Assembly: GCA_050084985.1 (NCBI GenBank)
Contig: JBITNC010000002.1
Coordinates: forward strand, 6,138,001-6,202,000
DNA from: Nageia nagi
Lineage: Eukaryota; Plantae; Pinophyta
DNA length: 64,000 nucleotides
Direction of reading: 5' to 3'
This document shows, in pieces, positions 14,725 through 25,347 of this stretch. Position 1 is the stretch's first letter. Each line of letters begins with the position of its first letter. The notes under the pieces were generated by a model. The model searched no databases. It had not been told where the DNA came from and saw only the letters and a list, made by a program, of their open reading frames with translations. A program made the position numbers and the translations under genes.

Positions 14725-15127
14725 ACATAATGCAATTTTCTATTATAAATATACACAAACATAATTGTCCTTTATCATTTTATTAACTTTATTCTTTCAT
14801 GTTTTGTACCTAGGACACTCTAGGTAGAGAATGGGACCTCTCAACTAGGAATGGGGAACTTTATTTTAGGACATGAAAATAGCTGTAAACGTTATATGGG
14901 TGGATTTGTTCAGACATAATGCAATTTTCTATTATAAATATACACAAACATAGTTGTCCTTTATCATTTTATTAACTTTATTCGTTCATGTTTTGTACCG
15001 AGGACACTCTATAATTCAATTAGGCAGAACTAAATAGGTAGAGAATGGGACCTCTCAACTAGAAATGGAGAACTTTATTTTAGGGCATGAAAATAGCTGT
15101 AAACTTTATGTGGGTGGAAAAGTTCAG
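14725..15127 (+). repeat. Tandem duplication (~189 bp and ~214 bp units) upstream of the bHLH gene
   Basis: 14725-14913 and 14914-15127 align closely (ACATAATGCAATTTTC...GTTCAG); the second copy is ~25 bp longer. Confidence 0.9.
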
Positions 15128-15308
15128 CGATGATCCAATCAAATTCTTGAACTTCTCTTTGGAGAACTAGAATGAGAACAGTGAGATCGATGTATGTCAA
15201 ATCTTTTCCATCACCTTAATTATTAGTCATACATTGTGCCACACTTCCAACGAGGAGAAGATGACAATCAACACACTGCTCAAGTCTTTTAAGACAAGAC
15301 TATATTGT

Positions 15309-15432
15309 TAGGCTGATAGAGAGATCTCCTACTTTCTCTGTGCAGAGTGTGGCTATGAAAACGACTCTTTTTAGGCTAATAGAGAGATCTCCCACTTTCA
15401 CTGTGCATACTGTGGCTGTGGAAAAAGACACC
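15309..15432 (+). repeat. Tandem duplication of a ~63-bp unit in the bHLH proximal promoter
   Basis: TAGGCTGATAGAGAGATCTCCTACTTTCTCTGTGCAGAGTGTGGCT versus TAGGCTAATAGAGAGATCTCCCACTTTCACTGTGCATACTGTGGCT. Confidence 0.85.
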
Positions 15433-15688
15433 ATCAACCTTAACATAAAAAATAGAGGCCACGAGCATCACAAGGCCTCTTTAAACAATTCCCTAGCCAC
15501 AAATAAATTGTATTATATATCATATGTGGGTACAACTAGGGTAAAGTCTTTGTCACACAATAAAATTAAACAGATATATTTATATGCATTCATACTTGGG
15601 TTTATCTCAATTTCTTGGTTTGATAAATAGTGGATGGATTTTTTTTAGGATTTGGCGTAGTGGACAGAGAAGGCATTTAGATCGAGAA

Positions 15689-16201
15689 ATGGGTGGAATC
15701 GAATCCTTTGATTATCTCAGCAGTGTTTCTCTGCAGGATTTTGATATGACTATGATGGAAGTTAGCAGCTGTGTCTACAACGCCAATGGTTTACAACAAT
15801 ATTCTTCATCCAAGAGTAATGTTGATGTTGCCATGGCCGATCTCAAACGTACCCAGCCTGCAACTGTGCTCGATGTGGATACTACGATCTTTGCAAATAG
15901 TGTGAGTTCTGGTCACGAGCAACTCAATCGCCAGTGGACGAATGGGGATTCTTCCTCCCCATTTTCATTCGAGATCGATGAGGGAAAAACGGTGCCACAA
16001 GGAGGAATGATGAAGGGCGTTACGAAGAAGCAAGAGGAGTTTTGCTTTTCTGAGGAGAGCGATCATAGCGAGGAGGGAGTCAGGTGTTGGGATACGGCAC
16101 GGATGACTGCGGCCAAAAACCTTGTCTCTGAGAGGAGGCGGCGTAGGAAACTCAATGAGAGGTTATACACTTTGCGCTCCCTTGTTCCATATATCACCAA
16201 G
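15689..16201 (+). CDS. bHLH transcription factor, subfamily III(a+c) (FIT/bHLH27/35-like), coding exon 1
   Basis: MGGIES...KNLVSERRRRRKLNERLYTLRSLVPYITK followed by GT donor at 16202, the conserved phase-0 bHLH intron. Start chosen after a possible 5'UTR intron at 15541-15648. Confidence 0.9.
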
Positions 16202-16568
16202 GTAAGATTACTTTTTTGATAATTATTGTTCATTATACCAGTTGTTTCTAGAAAAAACTGTTTCAGATGTATTAAAAGACAATATCTGTGTAGAATATGT
16301 GGTAGATGTCTGATATTTGTGTCAAGACACTAAATATCTGGACAAATGTGATTTGTGGTCAATAGTTTGGCTCTTCCAAGCAGCACAAGTGATTGATGGC
16401 ATATGTACAAATGTAATTGAATGAGTGGACAATAAAATCAGATAGTTAAAGATCTGCCACTCTTGCTTTTACTATGATCACAACAGATAGTTGAATATTC
16501 CTTTTACCCTATTGTTGTAAAAAGTTCTGGACTCAAAAAAATCGAAGTACTTCTTTAACAAAGAACGC

Positions 16569-16691
16569 GGAATGTAAGGTTCTAGGTTTTGTTAGCCTGG
16601 AAAAATTATTTGGGCTCAAAATCATAGCACTTCAGTAACAAAGAGTGGGGAATGTCAGTTTCTAGGTTTTGTTAGCCTGGAAACATTATTT
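16569..16691 (+). repeat. Two ~43-bp direct repeats (80-bp period) in bHLH intron 1
   Basis: GGAATGT(A/C)AG(G/T)TTCTAGGTTTTGTTAGCCTGGAAA(A/C)ATTATTT at 16569 and 16649. Confidence 0.85.
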
Positions 16692-16774
16692 TGAGTTCAT
16701 GCTACAGCCTTGTAATGGTTTTAAAAGATATGTCTTATTTGAATCAATTCAATCTATGATTTGATTTGAAGCAG

Positions 16775-17023
16775 ATGGACAAGGCATCCATCATTGGAGA
16801 TGCCATTAAATACATTAAAGACTTGCAAAATCAAGCCAGAGATATTCAGTCTGAAATTGCTGCCCTTCAGCCCAACACTGACAGCTCAAGCTCGGATGTA
16901 ACAAGCGCTACTGCTAAGATGGATGATAACTGCAATGACCAGACAGAAGATCTCAAATTCAAATTTACGGATCCATCCCATCTGGCCACTACAGGAAGAG
17001 GAGGTCACTGCAAGACTCTCCAG
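16775..17023 (+). CDS. bHLH gene coding exon 2 (helix 2 and linker)
   Basis: CAG acceptor, then MDKASIIGDAIKYIKDLQ...CKTLQ, then GTAAAG donor; 249 bp, phase 0. Confidence 0.93.
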
Positions 17024-17120
17024 GTAAAGAAGTGCCTACCTACTTAAAAACTGTGAAATTTTTGTTACAGTGGAGTCATCTGAGTCAGTGGGTGTTTAAT
17101 TATTTGGTTTTGTGATACAG

Positions 17121-17294
17121 ATTGACATTACCAAGATAGAGGAGAGTTTGTTTTATATTAGGTTATTTTGCAAAAAGGAGCCAGGAGTTCTCATATATCT
17201 TACAAAAGCCATGGAGTCTGTTCACTTGCTGGAGATTCAAAATTATAATCTTACATGCTTTGATGGCCACATAGTCAATACCATTATTGCCAAG
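17121..17294 (+). CDS. bHLH gene coding exon 3 (ACT-like domain)
   Basis: CAG|IDITKIEESLFYIRLFCKKEPGVLIYLTKAMES...NTIIAK|GTAC; 174 bp, phase 0; typical C-terminal ACT-like domain of group III bHLHs. Confidence 0.9.
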
Positions 17295-17344
17295 GTACTA
17301 AAACTAACCTTATCTAAAATCTTATATGCTGATGGGCAGAGCTA

Positions 17345-17463
17345 AGGTCCTCCATGTAAAACGACAATGTTATTCAACTCCAGGTTCTCCAAAATGTAAA
17401 AACGCAATGTTATTCAACTACAGGTCCTCCAAAATGTAAAAAGACAATGAGTTAATGCAACTA
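17345..17463 (+). repeat. Three tandem ~37-40-bp units in bHLH intron 3
   Basis: AGGTCCTCC(AAA)ATGTAAAA..CAATG..T..CAACT repeated three times. Confidence 0.85.
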
Positions 17464-17685
17464 CTAGTTTATTGCACCAAACCAATATATTTTTACAGCT
17501 AGAAGAGGTTTTAAATTATTGTATTATGTGTTATGTTATCTTCTATTTCAAAAACAATTAGTCTTACAAAAATCTATAATTTTTTAGATTAGTAAATTTT
17601 ATTATATATATATTTTAATTAATTTATTTGATTAAAAATTTATTGTTTCAATTAGTGTTTTATGATAATTTTATATTGATTGCAG

Positions 17686-17781
17686 ACAATAGAGATGCAA
17701 GAGATAGATGCTCTAAAACATATGATCGTCGAAACTGCATCCAAATTTGGTTTCAGCATTCCTAAGGAGAGTAAGCTTTGA
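17686..17781 (+). CDS. bHLH gene coding exon 4 (terminal)
   Basis: TGCAG|TIEMQEIDALKHMIVETASKFGFSIPKESKL* completes the ACT-like domain; total protein 343 aa. Confidence 0.82.
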   Translation, partial: TIEMQEIDALKHMIVETASKFGFSIPKESKL

Positions 17782-20700
17782 ATTTCTATTATTATCTCTT
17801 CCAATATTTTGAATATGTATGAAATCTTAACCTTAATTTGTTTGGAGGCATCTAAGAGAGATTGGACCACACAATACATTGTAATGTTCTCTTTATGATT
17901 ATATATCATAAATTGTTCATTTCTCTATAGGGGTAATAATATATGAATGTATATATTCATTAGATTTGGGTTGGTTTTCATTCATGTTAGAATGGTTATA
18001 CACACATTTCATATCAGTTGGTACTTTTGTCACTTGTTTGATGATAGTTTTAAGAGTATTAGAATCTTTTAGATTATATTTTGTTTATATTTGAGTGTAC
18101 AAGAATACAAATACTTCTATATACTAATGTATAACTAAAAAAAAGTCTTATCTAAAAATAATTATATTATAATAAATCAACAAGCTGAACAAGATTGAAT
18201 AATGATGTTTAAGATGACATATCAAATACTATTAAGTTAGACCATATGATTAAAATAATTGTATAAATTAATAAAATTTATTTTTTTTATCAATAATTTT
18301 ATAATTCTCTTATTATTATTATTTCAATTTATATTATTTTTATTAAAAAACATATGCTATAATATAATTGAAGTTATCATCTTCATCAGTCAACCACAAG
18401 TCACTTCATTCTTAATACTTTAAAGAATCAAACTTGTACATTTACTTGAACAGATTGCAAGTTTATTTATTTATTTATTTGATGTGACGCACAAGCAAAC
18501 TAATGTAAAAAGATACTTTCATGGATGCTTAATTCTTTTAAATAATAAAACCTTTATATTCACTTGAAAAGATAGTAAATTTATAAAAAAAAATTCTATT
18601 ACGTGAAACTTAAAAAAAACTAATGTAAACAAGGATGCTTAAAGGGTAAAACTAAAAATGATGAACTTAGAAAGAAAGTTGCATTAACAATCATTATATA
18701 AGTGAACTTCCATCATGTAGATAATTATCCCAAATAATATGGGTATGCAAAGAATTATTTCTCATAATCCTTAAAAATTGATAAATAATCTAATCATGTT
18801 ACGGGAGTTGGAGAGAAGGAGAAGTTGAAAACTCTCAAGTGGAAAAAGAGAGGCTCCAGGTTCCAAACTCTCCTACTAGTTAGACCAACTAACATGGAAA
18901 AGAATCCTATAAACAATATACATATAAAAAATGATATGATCATTATAATAGTTAACTTTAAGATAATATTAACTTCTATGATGTTGGATGATAGTATAAA
19001 CTTTATAGCATTTTTATAATAACAATTTATAAAGTCTACATTGATTTGTAGAAAAAATATTGAAGATTATATCATAAGTAAAAAATATTTTAAAAAAATA
19101 TAAGTAATAACAACAATAGAACATTTATGTTAAGGAATGTAACCTTAATTTACTTCATAGAAGATTTAATATAATAACTTTTTCCCATTTGAAAGTAGTA
19201 GGTGGTTGTCTTATATAACTGATAAAGTTACCATAATACCTTTCAAATATTTTAGTTGGTCATTTATAATTCTTGATTTAATTATGTATTATTTGATAAG
19301 CAAATTAATATATAATACTAAAATTATATGTAATATTATAACTTAATTATTACATTACTAGGTAATGGATGAAGGTTGCTAAACTATTTTTATGTATATC
19401 TAACAACTCATAAAATTAAACTTGCTTACATATTTTTCTCATCCTTTCCTTAATTACTAGTAAATTATATTATTAGTACATTGGTTAATTAGAGGATAAA
19501 AAATCAATATAACTTATTTCCATGTTAACAAAAATAAAAGAATTAAATTTTGTCCTTTATGTTGTCAAATTTTCATTACATTATGAATAATTATAAGCTT
19601 ATTCATAAAAAATAAGATGAGTTTCAGTATAAAGCAATTGTAAAATCCAATTCTCAAGCAATTGTAAAATCCAATTCTCTTAATTAAAATCTTAGAATAG
19701 AATTAAGTTAAAGTCAAAATGGATTTTTTTTCAATAAGAAAAGGATTCTCTTATAATAGATTTCTTTCCTCTTAGCCATAAAAGGGCTTACATCTTATGA
19801 TCCAATTTAGTCTATAATTAGTAATCCATTTCATTTATCTATCCTAGCTAAATTTTGATCAACATTGCTTATTATAGCACTAGAAAGATACTCCTAAGAG
19901 CTAATATCTATGATCTATTTACCTTCCTAAACTTTACTCAAAATAAGGGCTTATGACGATGCCTTTTGTTGATTTTGTACATCTATAAAATGAAAATAAA
20001 AAGATATTAGTATTTTTTGTTAAGCCTTGCATTAGAGTTCCTAAGCTACTAGGGGGGGTAAAACCTTAATCATCACTTAAGGTTTGATAAAGAAATGAAA
20101 GATATATAAAATATGAAAAGACAAGTAAACATGATGTAAATGATTAAAGAGATCAATTATACCTATACTTTTACCTTTTTGGAATAGTTGAATGTAGTAG
20201 TGGATTTAGATTGTATTGTTTATTACTTAGAAAATAATATATATAATTTTGATTGTTATAAAAATTATATACATGGTTTGGAAGAAATAATCTTTTCTTA
20301 AATTACTTAAGTAAATTCTTTTCATTGTAAGATGTATCAGGATTGAAATGCATGTGCTCTAATGGTTTCATCTAAAACCTATAATCATAAATTATAAAAA
20401 AATAAATATACAAGTCAACATTCTACATGAAAAAATGAATAAAAGAAAAATTGAATATGAAGGGATGACTAAACTAGCAATCGAATTTCAACAACATTTC
20501 ACAAATTATTTAACAAGAAATAAGTGTAAAATGAGTTATTTTAAGTACTATGATTATAAGTAATGACATGACGGGTCTAAGTAAATGAAAACACCATACA
20601 TGAGGGACAAGGGGACCTCTCCTATTTATAATTGAGCTAATAGATGCCCAAGGAGGGGGGATTTACCTAATATCATTAATAAAAGATTAAGAGGGATTAT

Positions 20701-21194
20701 GGGGAGGATTTAGAGGTTGAGGCCATATGTGTGAGGATTTGTGAGGATCGAAGAACATTCATTAGGGTTGTTATTAATTGGTGGTTAGCATGTGATTAGA
20801 GATTCTCAAGGGGTTATTAGGATGAGATTAGGATTAGCCAAGATTGAATTGGATATGAGGTATTTATGGAGGTTAGTAGTAGGAAGAGGTTAGATAAAGA
20901 TTAAGGTGGTGATGGAATGATTATGAGTGTGATTTAGGCGAATGAGGATACAAGGAATATATAGATTTAGGAGCACATGTGTGGTATTTAGCATTATTAA
21001 AGTAAAGGATTAGGTTGGATTATAGGTGCGCCAGTTAAGATGGTAAGAGGGTATTTAGGAATAGGGTTAAGGCTAATGATCATGAATCATTTAAGAGGGT
21101 AAGAATTAGGATGAGGTAAGGGTAGGTGTTAGGCTAATTTATGGATTTAAGAAAATACACTATTTAATAAGAATATTCCCATAAGGATTTATGA

Positions 21195-23800
21195 GAAATA
21201 TCTTATTTTAATCATTTACATCTATGATTTGATTTTAAGTAAATGGAAAAGGCATATACAATTGGAGATACAATTAAATATATTGAACACTTACAAAATA
21301 AAGAAAGAGATATTTAGTATGTAATTTCTATCATTGAGTCATATATTAAATGATTTTCTTGATTGTAACAAGCACCATTCCTAGGGTGGATGAGAACTAT
21401 AATGTTTGTACATAATATCTCAAATTAATGTTTCAGATCTATCTTGGATGGGCACTATAATCTAAGAGAATTTTATTGTAAGACTATATAAGTAAAGAAA
21501 TGGCTACCTACTTAAAATCTCTTACTTTTATTTCAATAGAATTAGTTGAGTTATTCGATGTTTAATAATTTAGTTTTATGTTACATATTGATATTACTAA
21601 GATACAAGAGAGTATTAATGAAGTCTATTTACTTACAAGATATTCAAAATTATAATCTTATATGCTTTGATAACCACATAATTAATAATAGTATTTCCAA
21701 GGTACTAATATTAATCTAATGTATTATATTATATTCTAATAGGTAGAGCTAAGGTACTCCAAATGTAAAAGTATAATAAGTGAATATAACAACTAATGTA
21801 TATGTACCAAAATAGTATATTATTACAATTAAAAAAAAATTTAAATTATTATGTATGTTTATGTTATCCTCAATTCCAAAAAAAAAAAAAAAAAAATCTT
21901 ATAAAAATATATTTTTTAAGATTAATTAATTTTACTATATACTTTTTGATTAACTTATTGTATTGGAAACATATTATTTCAATTGATATTTTTATGAAAT
22001 TTTCAAATTAATTACAAACAATAGATCTACAAGATACAAATCAAATTAATAACAATCAAACATGATTAATCTTATTTTCCATTATATTCTCTTCCATTAT
22101 TTTGTATATGTAAGAAATCTTGAACTTAATTTGTTTGGTGGCTTTGTTAATTATTTTAATGGATTTCCACCCTTGGGCCACATAATACATTGTGATGTTC
22201 TCTTATAATATTAGATCGCAAACTATGCTTTGATATACTATAACTCTTCTTCTTTATAAGGTTAATAAATATGATTATATTGTTTAATAGATTTGAGATT
22301 AAATTAATAGATGTTGGAATGGATATACATATATTTGATATTACGTGATTATTTTATGAGTTGTTTGGGATGGTAATTTAAAAAATATTCATATTTTATA
22401 TTATAATTTATTTTGATTTGCATATATGAGAATATGAATACTTTTGAATATTAATGCATAAAAAAAAAAAACATTTCTTAGTTGGAGAGCATCACATTAT
22501 AATAAATCAATGAAAATAGGTTGAACAAGATTCAATAATGATGGGTAAGATGATACATCAAGCACTATTGAGTTAAATTAATGATATAAATTAATAAAAT
22601 TTACTTTTTATTTTAGCATTTTTCAATTCTATCATTAATATTATTTTAATTCAAAATAGAATGTTATATTGTAATTAAATTTTTTATCTTTCACTTAAGC
22701 AACCATAAGTCACTTCATTCTTAATACTCCAAATAACCAATATTTCTATATATTTACTTGAAAAATGGTAATTTCAAATTTTTTATAATATAAAACTCAA
22801 GCAAATTAACTAGAAAACTAGTTTCATGGATGCTTAAATTTATTAAAGAAAATTTAATTATAAAAAAATCATATCATCATAAAAAAGTGATGATAAAGGT
22901 TTATTTAAATAATGTAAGATAAAATAAAAATGATAAAATTAGAAGGAAAGTTGTATTAACAATCATGACGTATACAAATAAATTCCCATCAAATTAGTTG
23001 GTTAGTTATAATGTTGCATCTAAGTAGGCTCTTAGTTCATGTAGATAATTATCCCCAATACAATAGGTATATTAAGAAATTACTTTCTCATGATCCTCCT
23101 CAAAATTTTAGTTAGTTATAATATTGCATCTAAGTAGGCTCTTAGTTCATGTAGATAATTATCCCCAATACAATAGGTATATTAAGAAATTACTTTCTCA
23201 TGATCCTCCTCAAAACTTTGCACATGATCAAAACCTAATTTTATGATAACTATTTTGGCATTAAATCATTATTAGTATAAAGAAAAATTGATATGATTAC
23301 TCTAAATATTTAACTTCAACAAAGAGAGTATTGGTCAAATATGAAGTTGAAGGATAATACAAACTTCTTAGCATTCTTATTATAAGAGTTTAGCAAATTT
23401 AGATTGATTTGTATAAGAAACATTGAAGATTATATTATAACTATAAAAATATAATGAAGAAAAAATGAATAATAATGAAGATATAATATTTATGTTAAGA
23501 AATCTAACTCTAAATCACTTAATTAAAATACTTGATATTAAATAATTTAGGTAGTCATTTATAATTTTATAATGTATTATTTAGTAAATAAATAAGTATA
23601 TAATACTAAGTAAGGTATAGAGGTAATTGTTACATGCTATCAAGTAATAATATAAACTAATTATTAGATTATTAGGTAATAAAGGAAAGTTGGTATTGAG
23701 CTATTTTAATATATATCTAACAACTCATCAATTTAAATATGTTCACATATTTTTTTTTTTTTCATTTTATATTTCTTTTCTTGGGTAAATTTATAGATTA
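21195..23800 (+). pseudogene. Decayed tandem duplicate of the bHLH gene (end of intron 1 to ~1.7 kb of 3' flank; exon 1 absent)
   Basis: Collinear with ~16725-19480: exon 2 ATGGAAAAGGCATATACAATTGGAGAT at 21243; exon 3 ATTGATATTACTAAGATA...ATTCAAAATTATAATCTTA with an internal deletion; exon 4 start ~22018; 3'UTR and flank also match. Splice acceptors mutated. Confidence 0.9.
23001..23215 (+). repeat. Near-perfect 110-bp tandem duplication
   Basis: GTTAGTTATAAT(G/A)TTGCATCTAAGTAGG...TCCTCCTCAAAA at 23001 and 23111. Confidence 0.92.
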
Positions 23801-25347
23801 TTATGATGAATATTTTAGAAGAGGTTAAGAAATTAAAATGTAAAAAATTGATATTTATGGTAGTTTACATATTTTGAGAACTCTTTATGCAAATGTGCCT
23901 GCTAAAAATTGCTAATACAACAATACATCTATAATAAATAGTTATTCATAGTAACAAATGTGTCTTTCATATTTCATTACTATATATTTTTTTATTATTA
24001 AATATTTTCAAGAGGGAAGGTAAGTCTTTTTGTATGAATAGTCCCTTTTTTTTAGAATTTTTTTCCAAACAAAAAATTTAAAATAAAGCTATATTTTTTT
24101 TACCAAAATGAAAAACATTTTTCTAGTTTTTTTTGGGAATTCATAATTTTTTTTTTAATTATTCTTTAAAAAAAGGGGGAAAAGTAATGATTTTTTTTTT
24201 GGTGCAGGTTCCACTTGTTGTAGCCCATTGCTTATGTTCCTCATAAGCCTTGAGGTGTAGCTCCTTAATAAAGCTACACCTTAAGCTAAAAGTGTAACCA
24301 TATAAATATATGATACTTACCTTTTTTTCTAGTGCATATGAGATTTTTTTTCACGTGACTATTCCTACAAATAGTAAAAACCAAAGTGCTTTCTATAAGG
24401 AACTTTTTTAAGTGTAAAGTAAATACTTATTTTCTTTTTTCAAGCAAATATTTTTTTATATATAACAAAGGACCTTTTTAAGAAATTCTAAACATTTATC
24501 ATCATTATTTTTTTTTTCTTTTTAAAGGTAAAATAAGAGATTTTTTTGCAATATTTTCTAAACATAGGAAAATAAGGAATCCTATTGAGAAGATGAATAT
24601 CATAGAGAAGAAGAAAGATTAGCTTTGCAATAAGGCTAAGCAAAAGAAAAAGAACTCAAGTTGTAAAAATGGTACATACTTATCAGGCAAAAAAACCACA
24701 CTATGAGACTTGTTGGGTCTCATCATATATCCAATTCAAATGCTTGGATAGAAATGGAAATGAATCTTCCTTTGAAAATGAGTCTTTCTTAAGAAAGATC
24801 GTATTTGTTACCTTTGTTAAGTTTTTAAGACTCTTGTGTTAGTTTAACAAGAGCATGTTGTAAAAGCTCTTAGAGATTTATCATGTAACTAACCAATAAC
24901 TATAAGGAAACTACTAAACCTTGTTGTGTGGTTGTCTTCCTTTATAGTGGTTAATACAATTAAAAATGCTAAAACTAAGTCTAAAGTAAAAATTACACAA
25001 ACTACAAACACTAACTTACAATTATAGACTGTGTTTACTAACTTACAATTTATTTATGTTAAACAAAGAGCACTTTTATACAACTTACAACTTCAAACTA
25101 CAATATACTAACACAACTTGCAACTTACAATATAATTATAATTTACAATTTGGTTTCAAATTTGCACATATTTTTTCAATTACAATAATGTTGACAATTT
25201 ATAATATTGGTTGGTGAATTCAATAAAATTGGTTAAAGTTAGTTATCAATTTGGTTAATAATTTGGTAAATAATTTGTAATTTTTTACAATGTGAAATGA
25301 TGATTTCATGCTCTCTTAGTTTAAAATAGATCTTATTTTGTAGAACA

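Noticed and set aside
15584-15688. N-terminal extension MHSYLG... of the 211-aa ORF, and the 15340-15630 ORF
   Set aside because: They overlap a T-rich probable 5'UTR intron (GT 15541, AG 15648) and promoter repeats; ATG 15689 is the more plausible start.
15689-17781. Assigning the symbol FIT
   Set aside because: The basic region is intermediate between FIT and bHLH27/35; orthology needs a phylogeny.
20560-21180. Telomere-like or satellite array (TTAGG-rich)
   Set aside because: No regular TTTAGGG periodicity; looks like G/T-skewed LTR-derived sequence with unclear boundaries.
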